DNA of 63,969 nucleotides, filler included, from Choristocarpus tenellus KU-1152 (GCA_964200185.2; 6 parts of 6 records of this genome joined end to end with filler, not necessarily neighbours in it), one strand, 5' to 3'. Numbered from the whole stretch's first letter, positions 1 to 15,800 are shown. Notes: generated from the sequence alone by a model not told the origin. Program-made: numbers and translations.

Positions 1-158
1 GGGGAACTATACCAGGGTGTCCATTTGAACCAAAAACAGGAAAAGTGCACTTTCATTATCCATCCAACGTATGGAACCAAATCATCAAAAAATTGTGACA
101 TGAAAAAATTGGCCCCAAATGGACAGCCGCCACCCCCTCCCTCCAGATACTTTGAGCC
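1..158. mobile_element. MITE family B, left end cut by window start
   Basis: Ends ...CCCTCCAGATACTTTGAGCC; internal sequence (CCAGGGTGTCCATT...CCCCAAATGGACAGCCGCC) matches the copies at 11222-11406, 27496-27671 and 33503-33680. Confidence 0.85.
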
Positions 159-862
159 GATACGGAGCACATATTATGAGTTGTATATGCTATTAGTTCC
201 TCAGACTGTATTGTTTTGAGTGAATGCGTGTAAGATGGTCTCCGACAATTGTGTGATTGTACTCTATTTTGCAGCCTTATGCTGGTGTGCGCGATTACAA
301 TTGTGGAGCAGAAACAATGTGGTGGTGTATCAGAGCTCTGGATGGGTGCATGTCTCACTTGCCTACGGTTCTTAAATCTCATACTAGAAAACCAATCCAT
401 CGTTTTATGCACTGTTCCGGGTAAGAGATATTAGAACTGATTTGATATGTATAGTTTATTTTGTTTTAGTCACACTGGACTCCTACAACTCGCTCAATAC
501 AAATTAAGGCGATTTTTGAAAATTAAGATGAGATCATGAAAACTGCTGTTCACGACGGTGGCTGTATGTAGCTACCGCTATGTGCTATCCTTCCACTTGA
601 TATCTGACACATATTTTTTACTCATCCTAAGCAATGTTGACTCCTGCTATTAATTAAGAAACTCTTCTCAGTGTCAGGTAATAATATGTGGAAAATAGTT
701 TGTTCTCAATGGCTGGTTCCATCTGTGTGCTGCAGAGCATACCAAAGATATATTCCATATCTACCAAATCTTCGACTTATCATCCTCTCTCTCCCTCTAC
801 CCTCACTTTCCCCTCTCCAACACATATCACATTCAAAATGACCAATGTTAGGCACGTTTCAG

Positions 863-3800
863 GTGGGAAAGACCTGGTGGTCCACTGGGGACATTTGATA
901 TGAAGTTCTCCCCAGCGGAAGGGATCCTCCATGGAAAGGAGGTGGGTTATCCCACTATCCCACCTAGAGTGATTGCCTGGTCATTGGTGGATCTCGGTAG
1001 CACAATGCAGGCAAAATAGTTTTGGTTTTATTGCAACATGTTGACGTACATGGCAAGAGATATGTTAAATAATGACCATCTAACATTGATTTTGAAAATT
1101 ACGTACTTCCTACTCCGAGTGATCCTAGAAGGCCTGTCCATACGTTTTGTATCACCACTTTCTCACGAGGACAGTGCAAAAGAGGGGTGAGTCGTCAAAA
1201 TAGGTCACTACATTTGTTAGCACAGGTAAAGAGAGGGTGTGCAGATGGACATGCCTAGGAAGGAGCCAAAGAGCCAAAGGTAACACCAGGCACACTTGAA
1301 CAACAAAAGCCTTAGTGAGCTATTTTCCTGGAACAGATGTAGAAAAAAAATATGTACGCACATAACAAAAATATATATCTTTAGGAATATATTTCTGAGA
1401 ACATTGTGCTGATTAGGGCATACTTTCTGACATTCAAGGGCCTCAGTTCCCCCCTGTTTCGTAATTTACTGATATGCTGTAAGGGTAGTTGTTGTCCTGC
1501 TCCCAATTTCAGCCCATCTCTGTTACCTTATCCGTTTTCTGGTTGCCTCTCAATATGTCCCCTAACAACTCATGACCACATGACAATAGAACCTTTCGCA
1601 TCGTCGGTTCTATGTCTCCTATTTCTAACCCCAAATCAGACTTCTCTCAACCCTTTATTTCCATGATGCCTCTCAATGTTTCTGAATGAAGATATCGTTC
1701 TATTGATTCCAACATAGTGAAACTTCCCAATACGAACCCTTCCAAAACCTAATTCGCATCTATGTGACTCCTGTTTCCTTTCCGATATATTTATCCCTTG
1801 ATGATATGCACATGGAAAAAGGTTCGGCAAGTGATGCTGAGTTACACTGCTGTCCTGCCTGGACCAGTGGAGGAGGTCTATGCTTGTAGGGTGTACGGCA
1901 TGGCACTCCCCTTGGGATTCATCCTACGGGGGTTCAACAAGGTTTGTATAGTGGAAGTAAATACTCAACACAGAGGATATTGCACGAGGTACAGTGAAAG
2001 GATCAGTTTCAGTGTTTTGTTGTACATCATGGAGGACTACACACAAGTTCATGTGTCCATTCGGCTTGAAATTGAGTAATTATTGACTCTTGGCCCATTG
2101 ATGCTATTCTATCGCCCCCTCAGGGAGTCACCCTCAGCTTTCAGCTGCTGGAAGGAAGCACTCCTCCCCCGATGCCTGTCCAGTCTCCAGAATGTGCACA
2201 GTACATTGGTAGTAGTCCTTTACCAGACCCACCAGACCCACCACAACTGAATGTGAGCAGAGCAAGATCGCTTGGAGTGATCACGATGTATGGGTATGTT
2301 TCTACAACATAAGTTAACAACAATCAAACAATATTTTAGAACCTCTCATACTTCTTCTTTGGCATACCTAATCAGTTTTCCGAAATAGCTTCTTGGCAAC
2401 AAATCAACAAAGATTTGCCTTTATCATATTGCCCGTCCCCCTCTGTTAGCTCCATGAGGTCTAGGTACATAGCGATGCACGGTTATATCATCTCCATTCT
2501 CCCTTATTCCACTATGCCGTTTCATTATCTGTCCCAACAGCTTGATCAGGCTGGACTGCGAGAACGCAAGGCTGTGCGGTTTTGCATTCAAAACTTGTCA
2601 GCCATACCATCCCCCTTTACAATTGAGGTACGAGAAACGGAAAGATAGGGAATGCCAAGAATAAATGGGTGGGTAGGGTTGTAAAGAACAGAACAGTGGC
2701 AAGAGGAAAGGGGTAGCTAAATCCCAGTCAATTTGAATATCTGCTTCTTGACCATCACAAGGTTTTCTAGATGTCATTATAACTCCCACCTGCTAATATG
2801 GTGATCCATTTCATCATGCATAGATTTAGGAGGAAGGGGGAGTTGCAGGGTGAATCATTCTAACCCATCAAAGTTCCAAACTCCAATGAAGTGTCAATCA
2901 TCGCTGGGGAATCTATCAGCACCAACAACAAGGCCCTGCTCCAAACAGATGAAGAGGTATGGAAGCTCTCCTTGCCCAAAGAGGCTGCTGGCATCAGCAA
3001 TGAGCTACAAGACTCTACAACGTGTTATTGCTAATCCCTACTCCCTGGCAAGCTATCTTGAACTTGAGGATGAGGTTGGAAACTTGGAGAGAAACAACGA
3101 TCGCGAGTGCAAGAAACGCAAAGGTTCCTCCCATTCAAGTCGTGTGGGTGAGATACCTATGCAATAGATCGAGGGAGCATACATGAGAAAGATGACTACA
3201 AAGATGGTCAGTGAGGTAGAAACAGGGATTTAAGAGTGCTGTGTGTAACCTGGTCCTTTGGCCTCTCTCAAATTGATGTTGATATTCTCGCCTTTCCACT
3301 ACACCTCCAAGACATTATGCACACGAAGTGAACGTTATTTTACCACAAATTACTGGTCTAGAAAACCCCTAACTCAATCCACTGTACTGCCTCTGTGAAG
3401 AACCTCAGAGCGCAAAAAATTGAAAGTGTTGATTGTCCACGATCAGCACCAACTCCACATTACTCTAACCCTGTCGGGGATATGTTTGATATCTCATCTC
3501 ACGATGCGTATTTGACGGATGGATTGGTCTCCATAGCCATGTCCAGGAGCAAGAAAAGGTCTGGCAAGGTTGCTGGATACCTATCTGCAGGTGGTCCAAA
3601 GATGACCAAGTGAGCTGCACCTGGTTCACATGTGCTTAAGTTTTGACCTCTCTTTGGAATCTTTCCCAAACGATCACTCAAAATGAATTGCAAGGTGCAA
3701 CCACTTCACTGGAGGTTCAATATTTTGTTCAGAATGTACATACGATTGATGCGTCTATTGCAATCCTCCTAGCAAGACATCCTCTGGGTATCATAGCAAA

Positions 3801-6800
3801 AGGTGTACAAGCACAACACTATAAAAAATTACAGCAGCAACAGAAACACTTCAGTTATTGATGCTGTTGAAGGAAATACCAGTAGTCCTTACTCATGTCA
3901 TGTTCCAATATTTTCACATTTTTCGCTTCTATCCACAACACTATATTAAACTTGTAGTGGCAATTCATGAATGGACTCAATCAAGCACCTAATTTGAAAC
4001 CGGTCGACTGGTGGTGCTGTGGGCAATGGCACAGAATAAGCACAATCAGAGATTGGACTGTTCCTAGACTGCAAACGATCAGACTTCGCTGCATCCTCTA
4101 GTTTCCTTCAGGGGGTGCAGTCAAGTCTCCATCCTATTCAGGTGGTCCACGCCATATCTCACCCTCTGCACCGTCATCCCTCCAAAATACTGTAGGCGTA
4201 TCTTGGATGACCTCCATGAGACAACAGACGTTTTCTTCTCAATGGACGGGCGGGAGCGGACACGGGGGAGAGTTGAGCAGCGGGAAGACCTCTTCGTTTT
4301 GAAAGATGGTATGTCAAGTGCAAAATTGTATTGGATTGTACAGCTGAAGGGGTGAAAATGCATGCATGTTTACTCCTTTATATGTATTGACGTGTATGCT
4401 GCTATCTCTCTTGGACTTGAAGAAATGTCAAGAAATAGCATCAAAGATTGTTCATATGTGACGGTCTCTTGAGGCTGTTAATGAGTGTGTTAATGGAAAT
4501 GATACGCAGTACAGTATTAGACGCGGATTAGACCAATTAATATTAAAGCAACTATCACCAATGTGAATGCTAACATGCCTAAGGGATGCCCGCTTGCCCT
4601 ACCACCAAACAATCTGATCTGCAGAACATGGGGTGGCATTTCTTGTTGAGCCCTCTATGGGGACCCTGGCGCCTTGGGGATGCAGAGAGGTGACAATTAC
4701 AGCATATAATGACACTCCAGGTGTCTACAAGGACATAGTGGAGTGTCTACTTGTAGGTGAGTCTGAAGCATTGGGTTTCTCCTTGTCTTCTGGGTGAGCC
4801 CAGTTAGTGAACTCTTTCGTGCTCAAGCTTTCTAGAAGAAACATTCTCTAGGTTGAGGAGGAAGACCATTTTTGTTACTATTTGTGGAAGATAAACTTTA
4901 TATTAAATACATTTTTTGCTTTCTAAAGACGAATTATACAAAGTTGAAGTACTGTACTAAATAAATTATGTTCGATTCACCTCCGTGGAAGTTCCTGTCA
5001 CGTCAGAAGCAAGTACAAGAGAAACTGAGAAAAAAATAACTTCTTCGGTTGAACATTAACCGCTACAATGTTCTCATAATACTTTATGTTCTCATAATAC
5101 TTTAGATATATCAAAAACTGTAAGGTATCAAGTAGTGAGTCTCATTGCTGTTCGTACAGAAAGAGGAACAATTGATCCTTTGTCTCAGTACAGGAGTCGT
5201 TCAAAGATCAGTGATGCAAAAATAATACTGAGCCAGTTGGGGGGTGCATGGTACAAAGGTACCATTTGCACCAATTGAAATAGCTTATGTATCACACTGA
5301 GTCAATAGTACTTTTCCTGGAAATTCCTCCACCCCATCCGTGTTAGCATCACCCACTGATTACGCCGTTATTGCTATCCTCAGGTGCGCCTACTACAAGA
5401 CTGCCGCTGAATTGGACTGTGAAGGGATCTCCTCTGTCACTAAAACGGGAGTCCCTGGGACTGGATCTCTCAGGACCAGAACCTTTGCTCTCGTTTGGGC
5501 AAGTCTTTGTGAATGGAGGGAAGAGCACTCGGGTTATCAAGGCAAGAATCAAGTATCTAGGCATCAACATTGGGTGCCTGTGTCATAACAGCTTCGATTT
5601 TGAATCTCTGATATCCACCTGATTTGAGATATTCTACCTAACCCATCACCATTGAGCTATTCGTGAGAGTAATGTCACTTTCAGTGAAAATTTCCAATGG
5701 AGAATTGAAGGAATCATTCCAGCTCACTACAAAGTACCAGAGTGACACACGCCAAAGAGCCAAACTACCTTGGAGGGTAGGGCCGCGCCCATTTGGGGGC
5801 CAAAACCCAATGTTGTGATTTTGATCTAATTTTGGCTATCGTATTTGATAGTAAGTGCCAATATCCTTGTTTCGGACACACCTTTTCATAACATACACAT
5901 TTTGCCTACTCCTGAACATTTCGGAGTAGGGAAATGCCACAAAAAAAAATATGGGAAGCCAAGCCCCAAATGGACAAACGGGGCAAAACTCGTACCCTCT
6001 AAGATACTTTCACTCAAATTCAGGCATCAATATCGGGTACCTTTATCATAGCGGTTTATTTTCCATCTTTGAAATCCGCATGATTTGCGTTTTTTCGATC
6101 TAGCTAGCCCATAATCAGAACCTATTCCCAAGTGTAACAACCCCATGAGAGTATACCTTGTAGAAAGTTGAGACAATCGTTCCAGCTCAGCACAAAATAC
6201 CTGAGTGACCTGTTCTTTCTCCAGTGTCCTTTCTCCCCATCAACCCAATGTGTGGTGGTGACTTGTATGCTTGGAGTAGAGTATATGGTAAGATCCATCT
6301 CAAATCCTCTCAAACACCATAGTCACACCCCTTTCCATCCAACCTACTCTGGAGCACTTCTCGGTCCCATTAACCACTGCTGTCCCCCAACACATAAAAA
6401 CTATTTAGTGAGCGCTGTCAAGATTGAGGTTGGGAAACAGAGCAGGGTAAACTCATACTTCAGTCTCTAGGCTATCCTATCAGTATGCGCATGCTACCTC
6501 TAATCTATGTTCCCCTACCCCTCAATCATCTCTATTTTTTACGGTCATTGTTCCACTCCTGTACCTCAAACAGGTCAAGAATGATGGCACTCTGCCTGCT
6601 CTGCTGACTTGGAGCATGCACGATGCAAATGCAGATGCAAAGGAAGCCCACCAGTTCATCAAGGTTTCTATTAAAGTGAGAATTAGCAAGGGATGCTTTT
6701 GGTAAGGAATGATCGAGCAGTTACCTCTCCTTGGGACGCTTCATGCTTCTCTGTTGTCTTCAACACAATCATTATTGAAGGAGAGCATGCTTATTACTTG

Positions 6801-9800
6801 CAACAGTATTGCATATTCGCAAGTACACATCCTTTTCAGGCAAACAGACAAGATGTAATTCTCCAAAAGGCACCAACAATAACCGAAATATCACCAGGAG
6901 GCATCTCACACATGAACAAATACCCAGACACAGTATAGCTTAGGCAGGTACAGTAGTAGGGGTAAAATATTATAACATTTTCAGTGTATTTTCTCTTTCG
7001 GAATAATTTGTGTGCTTGAATTGAGGACACCATTGTGTATAGATCAGCAAATGTTTAACGGATACCATAACAACAGAGATCTACATTTTGGGGGTGTTGC
7101 CTGTGATGATGGGGTGCTTGAGTACCTCCCTCACCCCATCCCATAATGCCATTATCACATACTTCCAGCAAGCATTTCAATATGAAAATGTGTTCATGAG
7201 GAGGTTTCCAAGGCAAAGAAGAGGCGAATACTGTAACGTGCATTGCTGCTACCAACCTTTCACACTCTTTATGCTTCATATATTATCTATGTATTTGTTC
7301 ATATTGTTGTCTAGGCTCAAAGTATCTGGGGGGGGGTGGCGGCTGTCCATTTGGGGTCAATTTTTTCATGTCGCGATTATTGNNNNNNNNNNCCCCCCTC
7401 CCAGATACTTTGGGTCTCTAGGCAGCACCAGATTTTCTTTCTCGGGCTTCAACTTCACACCAGAGACACAATGCCAATATTTTCAACTTGTACACTTTGC
7501 CTACCCATAAAGTCCAACCCTTTCCTCCCTCTCTCTAAATTGAGAAATGTGATTTTCTTAACCTTAAGTCCGGTCTTCAAAAGCTCCATTTTGGACCAAT
7601 AGGGAGAGAAGGGGAGTATTAAAGTGCTCCAAAGTATCAAGTTAGGGTTAGGGATATAGGAAGTGATTTTTTATGATGTTGATAAGTCCTACCTGTGTGT
7701 AATCTGAAAATTACTTTATAAGGTAGGCTATGGCCCCTTCCTGTGTACTAATACAACACGATTACACTAGTACAGCACACAAATTGTATGATTTTATATG
7801 TATTTCATTTGGGGGTATCCCAGAGCCGGCAGTGTCCCCTTCCTTCGTTTCAACCCTAAGGTCCCATCTGTCACAGGATTGTTCAGTGTGTTCCTCTACA
7901 ACCCCACATAAACATTCCACCAGTGATTCAAGGGGATAGGAAAGGGGTGTGTTTGTGCTACTCGAGTTACAAACTGTTTCTCAGAACGTTCTCCCTGTAT
8001 TATCTGGTTACCTCCTTCATTATTACTCCGGAGTACACATCCCAAATAAAAATATTCCGTAAAAATATCTTGTGGACATTTCCCTCAAGGTTGAGTCGCA
8101 GGATGGAAAATGCGGATTGAATGTGGGAGTTGCTTACAAGGAACCAGAGTCATTCCAAAGCCCCTTCATTATTGAGCCATGCCAAGGTGTGGCCGAGCCA
8201 CGGTCAGAGGCATCCTTCAAGGTTCGAGTAAACAAGGACATGGGCTAGTGGATCGGGTACCATTGAGGCTTGTGCTTGTGGATGTATATTTCTTGTTGCT
8301 TCCCGAAAAAAACATAGCACATAACGATGTTTCCACAAACAGAACTTCAAATTGGCCTACCAAGAGCTTTGCAAGTTTGTATACTGTCCACAACAATGGC
8401 ATGGTGTTACTCTACTAATGCTCCTGAACATTTATAGAGTATGGTAGGCATAGAACAAATGTGAACAAGGGCTTACACTTGTGAGGACCAGGATACAATA
8501 TTTTAGATACTCCACTCTTATGCGAAACGGTGCAGGTGATCCTACCTGAGCACCTAAAGGGGACAATGGCAGCCCGTCTTATTGCTGACGCCACCTGGTT
8601 GCCTAAGAAATTATTTCCAGCTTCCTCGGGTGATCCAGTGACCAGGAAAAGGTGCAGTAACCTAAATGCCATTTCAGAAACACAGTATTTGGAGAGGAAA
8701 GAGAGTACCTCATTTTGTTTCTTGCTCGGATTGCCATCCTTTTGCAGCAAGCATTATCCGACAAGGTCTAGCAATCCTAAAAATCGGTTGAGGCAAGAGA
8801 TCTTTCAAGGTATCCTACTTCTTTTTATGGCGCATGTTGCTTTCAACCTTCACAACAGAGTGATACCATCCATTTGTCGTACTTCGAACTTGAAGTAGTA
8901 CTTTCCATACATACTAAACTGAGCGGGAAGCAATATGCAGGCGACCAACTCACCCTCAACTCCTTCAAGTTAGCCACAACATCAATGAAAACTCACAACA
9001 CATGCTTCAATTTTACAATATCACATGCAGGTCTCACCAAAAATCTACGACAGAACCCGCTGCTGTCACAGTTGAGAGTCAATCCCACCATACAGTAAGC
9101 GTGGGAAATGAGAACGTATGCAATTCAGGCAAGGCACCAATGGTTAGAAGTATGGCAGATCAATTGCTAGATCTATGACACGCAGATGTTGAGTACATAT
9201 ACCAAGTATATGATTTCAGATGTATCTAGCACTCCACAAAGATTGAGGTGTGGGAGGAGGATGGGGGATCGCAAAGAATGCACACTTGCCTGTCACTGCT
9301 GACAGGCCAACGACAACTTCAAAGCAATTCTCATACCCTGTCATTTTTAAGAGAGTTCCTTATACATCCGATTCTTACCTTTCGAGAGTGCTGATCAGTA
9401 AATTTCCTTTTCTGGAAAAATGATAGGGTCATGTTCTCTTTTGCAAGCAAGCAAAACATGTGAATGCTTGGCAGTAAGGGATGCGGCTGCTTGTGATGGA
9501 CAGTGCTGTCAAAGAAAAAATATTTTTTTATTTATGGTTTTCGATTATTTGACTGAAGGGGTATTATCAAATTTCTGTAACTTGGTCATACAAACATCGA
9601 GGGGGTAAATATTTGTTATGAAACTCAATGTTGGTGACAATTTTACTTCGATAGCATTTACAAGTAGCAACAGAACAAGCCTCTTGCGTGTGTGAGCCCT
9701 GCGACAACCTATACCCCCTTGATCTTTGCTTGACATCATCCCATGCCTCATTATTTTTGGGAGAGTATGGTTCGCAGGAAAATTCTCATGTAGTATCACG

Positions 9801-12800
9801 CTCTGATTTTCAAATGACTTGAGCAGGGAGATCCAAATAGGTACTCCAGAACACAGAGAATGCGTTTTTATTTCCCAGTATGTCTGTAATGCCGGGCAAT
9901 GCAATTTTTGTAACAGGTTCGTCATCTTACACCTCTATGTTTAGCTCCAGAGTAGAAGGGGGAGGGACAGAGAAGTGTCAGGGAAGGGAAACAGGACAAA
10001 AGATGAGCACTATACTAAATGGCTGAGCAAATACCGCAGTTCTATTCTATCAATCATGACATACCGCAAACATAAATTGAACTGACAGTAGTACCTACAG
10101 ACAGAAAGCAACGTATAGATGTGTATGTGCAACATACGTGCTGTGCGATTCCAGTTGAATGGGGTGAATGCCTCTTGTTGCCTAGATATGCCACAAAGGA
10201 TGCGATACTTGAGTCATTGTCGATTTTCGTACCATTTCACCTCGGCCTCGATTCTTGCTTGGTTCTCAACCGCTCTATGTCCCCGTGAAAAGAAATGTGA
10301 TGTTAGCAATAGGTTGCAATACGTATGCAACCGTGTCTCTTGAGCAGCCCCCCCTCAAGCAGAACTCTTCCTGCTGCTTGTCAGCCGTTGTCTTCCTCTT
10401 CTACACAAAGCACTATTGCTGCTCTTGCTTCCCACTCCAAACTTCTCCCATCTCCGCCAACACGAGCAATGCTGAGTCTAAGAGTTGGGTTAGTGAACAT
10501 TGCATGATGAATGCCTCCGAATCACTTAAACATGATATCTAGGCAATTCTTTGGTCCAGGTGTTGCTTTCCTTGCTTCCTATGATTCCTACCTACCAGTT
10601 TTGGTATCAAGCTATTTCCACCCTCACCTCTGCCATTGACAAACTTTCGGCAGGCAGCACAACCATGAAGAGTACCCAGATGCCAGATGTCAATAGTCTC
10701 ACACATGGTGGGGAGGATGAAGGTCAACCTAGCCTTGGAGGTGGTGGTGGGAGAGAGAATGGAGCATTAAATGTTGTACCCGAGGACGTCAGTAGTCAAC
10801 ACAAGGACATTAGAATAGGATTGATGAAGAAGACTATGCTATCCGTGGCAGGCAGCAAGGTATTGCAGAAGCAGGAGAGGCTGACCCGTGGGGCAATCAA
10901 ACTCAAGGTGCACAATGTGTAGTAGTTGTATTGAAACGGTAGAGAACATACACAACACCTCAACAATATTTCTTCATCGTTTGGAGTAAATCAGAAACAT
11001 CTGCAGGTACCTGCAACAATTACCCTCGGGGATTTACTGACCAATACCAAGCACCATCATAATATTTTATGTTGTTGTGTGATTGCTGTTGTTACAGGGA
11101 CATGTTCAATAGAAGACTAGATAGCAATTCTCCACCTCCCTACCTGGTGGAATCTCAGAAAGAAAAAATGGTCAACCTCAACAATGTATTTCACTTACTC
11201 AAGCTGATACTTCTCCCTTTTGACCCAGATTATCTGGGATGGGGAGGGGGGGTCTACACCAGGGTTTCTATTTAGGGAAAAATCAGGAAAAGTACATTTA
11301 CAGTAACCATCCGACGTATGCAACAAAATCACCCAAAAATCGCGACATGAAAAAATTGACCCCAAATGGACAGCCGCTAGCTACTCCCTCCCAGATACTT
11401 TGAGCCTTTTGACCTAAGGTTTCCTACCACAGATATGAACGTACAGCTTCATCAGCCCTAGAATTCATTAGAAGTAATTGCTGAGGCTTTGCAACCTCCC
11501 CAGGAGCAACCTTTGCTGCAAAAGGTTGTGTGTTTCAAAGAGTTGCTCAAGGCCAACTGTTTCGGAAAACCGACCTAGGAACTCAATATACACCCAACTA
11601 TCATCCTTCTGGGCGCATTACCAGCGAAAAGGTCGAAAGGGGCACAAGATGGTAACTTGGGCGGCAACACATACAATATCATAAGTCCTAGTGGTTTGCA
11701 TGAGCGACCTTGTCACGCTGTGTCAGGTGCATTAGTGAATATGCCCGATAATGCCTGGACTGGGAGAGTAATGATGGAAATGCAGGAAAAACAGACACAT
11801 ATTCAACTTTTTTTCCCAACTTAAGTGCGAAATATCTATCAGGGTATAAAAACTGTACATTGCTCTTCATTAAACGGAAAAAAGTCACCAGCGCCCAAAT
11901 TGATGATAAGAGCAGCAGTGTAGGCAATGCAGTATTCCATTGTGTAGTCGGAATTTTTATTGACTTACCAGCAAATTGCTTGTAGCATCCAAATCAATCA
12001 ACGGAGCAGCAACATGGGCACGGATTATCTTACAGATGAGTAGTCAAGAAGGTGCAGAAAATAAAAATATATGAAGATATTTGTGGGTGGAAATCTGCCA
12101 AGTTGATCCAAAGTCTAAGTCAACTTCCGCTCTCTGATAGTTTTGCCTATGGCCCAGTTACCAGGGCACAATTGAATGCCTTTGCCTCTAGGCTTCACCA
12201 GTGGAAGAGTTACCAGGATCCCACAGGCCTCTTTGTGTTCTTTGTCCACGTAAAACGGCTGTCAAGACCCAAATCAGTGACCGACAGGTGTCAACAAAGC
12301 CAATGCTGCATCTTAAACGATTCAGCATGACTGACCTTGAATAGGGTCCTCCTCTCCAGCATCTGTATATTAATACACCCCCCTCTCTCTCAAGCACATC
12401 CAATTGTCCACTACTTTCTGGCCATCCTACCGGCTCAGCATTGTTTCTTAATTATACCCCTGCAACACTTGCAATGTGACTATGCACCCCCCTCCAGTTA
12501 CCAGTCCATACCTCTTCCATTTGCCCTTCCTAACTAAACCACTCAATCTCCCGATCCCCCCTAAACACCCTCAACTTCAGGCCATGGCATGGGGCACATC
12601 CCCTCGACTGTCTTTGGACAAAAAACAACACCTTGAGAGAACAGGGACTGTGGTCAGTCGGGGTGGGGGTGACGCAAAGGAGGGTAAGCAGTTCATCAAG
12701 TTTGAAGTGTGGTCGACTCACGCACAGAGAGCAGCTGCATGGATCCAGTGCTTGCGGAAGGGATCAGAGGCTGGAGCCACACAAAGGCTGGAAGGAAAGT

Positions 12801-15800
12801 TGGACAGGATACACTCAAGTATGCGCCGGCAGGCAAGAGTAACCTTGCATCCAAAATGCAAAATAGATACAGCTTTAGAGATCTTAGGGGAAGAGAGGAG
12901 TGGAGAAGTGGAGAATGGGAGAAGGGGCGAGGAAGAGTGTCAAGACTTCAGCATGAGACCAAGGCGTGTAGAATTAGCTGGCTTGTGGAGTGGCGGAAGA
13001 CTGGGCCAATTTATATGAAGTCTAGTAGAGAATGATAGTGATATGTGAAACATATTATCTATATCAACCTCCAGTAAACCTCAAAATAGTACTCCAGAAG
13101 GAAAGCGCTGATTTGTGAAATATTTCTCAGGTTCACAGAATAGCTTGCCCCTATCTGATATTTTCCGTAACTCATTTCGTACTCTTCATTTTAGTGCATT
13201 GTTCAACGTCATTCATAGAAATTCAGGGCTAGGGCTAGGGGAGAAGCACTAGGACTTGAACAGGTTGAGGGGACTAAAGTTATGTGAACTGAAATGAGAA
13301 AAGTAACAAAATTGTTTGGCCAAGTTGAGTGACATGCTATGATCAATGGGCAACTTTTGTTTTGAGCAACAGTGTATAATAGCTTCCATTTTGAATACAT
13401 CCTACTGACTCCATTTGAGTTAATGACCATTATTGGTGCAAATGTTACTTTTTCAAATAAATGTTTCTTAATGATCAACTTAGGGTATGTGCAATTGTAA
13501 TCATCAAGAAATTTCCTGTGACATTCATTCCGTTGCATCACTCAGAAATCGTTATCTCATCTAGGACCAATGTAGTTCTAATTTCACCATTTCTCACTAT
13601 TCCTAACCAAATTCCCGCCCAGATTCGATCTCACTCCAACCCCTGCCCCCAACATGTTGTCTCGTGGTCTTGCATACAAAAATCAGGTTAGCCTCTGCAA
13701 TCCCCTGACCATACCTGTGGCTTTCTCTGTAGAAACGTTGGGATCCTTTGTTCTTGCCTCCACCCCCCATCCTGAGGGAACTGCTCCCCTTGATGCAAGG
13801 CTGCGTGGGAGTTCACGCGTTCGATCGCGAGGTGGTAGAGCCTCATCGGCCCATCAGCAAAGCCCCTGGAAGAACTCTACCTTGAACCATACCCACAATC
13901 TCAATTCATCGTCGCAGCAAGAACAAGTTTCTTTGATTGGTGCTGTTGGTGGGGCAGTGGTTGAGACTGGGGTTGATTCAGTGAGTAACGTTAAGCAGCA
14001 GGAGGTAGCTGGGGGGGGTCAGAAGGAGAACAACGACCTGGGAACAAGCAACAATTCCAGAGATAGTGGGGGTGAGGCGGAGGGCTGTAGCGAGGGGAAA
14101 GGAGGGAGTCAGGTCGGGCTTAGAGTACCAGGATACTCCAGAGAGGGATGCATCAGGGGATTTACACTGCTCCCAGGGCACAATCTGGCCCTTGACCTGA
14201 TTTTCTATCCATGGGAGGCTTCTCCAGAGATGTCAAAGGGTCTTGAGTCCTCCTTCACAGTTGGGACAGAGGTAGGTGGAAACTATTGCAGGTTAATTGG
14301 GGATGCTTTGGTATGAACCACTAGGTTTCGTGCTATGTAAGATTTGTTGATCGATTAGAAGACTGTACAACAATGCCTAGTTAGGTTCTCTGTCTTGGAG
14401 TAGGGGAGAGATACAAGACTTATAATTTGCAGTGGTTGTTCTAAGGCTCATGTTCGTGAGTCACTAAGGACCAGCCTCTGGAATCAGACAAGGGATGGTA
14501 TATGACACTGGCAAGAAAGACGACATGGTACATAATGGTGCATGGTCCAAGAACTTGGCACAATTATTGTAATAGGTCAGGGAGGGACTTGGACAAGCTC
14601 TATACTCCCATTAATCTTTCCTGAACCTGAGATGAATTAGATTCTTGTATGACGCCAATGAATAAACCCGGGGAGAACTTGAAAATCGGTTCCATTAATG
14701 ATAGTCACAACAAGCAGGTCAAATTCCCAACGAGTAACGATCTAGAGTATGAAATGTGGCTTGTATAGACAGCAATGGTAGGCACTAACCAGATATTGCA
14801 TCCCCTGGAGCACATAGACCTAAGGGTTAGTGAATGTAATCAAGCAGTACATTGACCCAGTTCATAAAGGGTAGGAAGTCCACAGCGCCAAAGCAATTTA
14901 TTTTTATCGCAACCTAAGATAGAGAGATAATCTATAGGTGCAAGGTTGATGCCACATTAAATACCATGATTGAATAATACTGGTACCATGGCACAAGTTG
15001 AGTGGGTCTAACCCCTTGCATGCCACCCTTTCTGTTGGAACGCGCTATCTTGTATTTTTATCGTCCATGGGTATATGGGTTCTTTTTCTTCAGGAGCTTG
15101 TTACCCTCTTCCATCGGACTGAGGGTGAGCTGAGGATACACTTCACCACTGGGCACTCACAATCATTCCATCTTCGTGGAGAGGTGAGGATGGGTATGAG
15201 AGGATCAGTATGATTGCTAAGGTAGCATATAGAGTAAGGATAGGGATTGATGAATTATCCATTCAGTCTCAGGGTTAGGGTTAGGGTTGTCTATAGAGCT
15301 ATCGCTCAAGATCTGGATAAGGTTTTAACTTGAGTGTTGTCCATGTACAGTCGTATGTGGGAAGCCCAACTTGTCGATTTGAGCAGATCCAGGACTTCAA
15401 TTTGAGGTATGTCTTCCAGAGGTTGAACAACAGATATAAAATGTTTGCAAAATATGGATTTCAGTCAAGGGTATATCGATTGCTTCTGTGGAATATCCTG
15501 AACCATATAACGGTCTTGTGCATTGCATATTTTCAATCAGCAACCACGGCTTATACAGCTTTGGAGAACAAATCCTACACGCTTGTGTAAAGATCAAAGG
15601 ACACTCTAACAATTGTTGGAAAAGGGTTAGCTTTCTTTCCTCGCTGCATTCACCCCTAACACTGTAAAAAATCACCAATATTCCAAACGCGAGTGCACAG
15701 AGGTAAGCTTGATGTCCGTCCAAAAAGAGATAATAATGTATGCGCAACATAGTTCATTTGAAAAACACAACAGCCTTTGAACCTGGGTTGTACCACCGAC

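Noticed and set aside
275-420. Candidate additional DLEC1 exon with a strong GTAAGA donor at 421
   Set aside because: I could not obtain a frame that both joins exon 863 in phase and shows DLEC1-like motifs.
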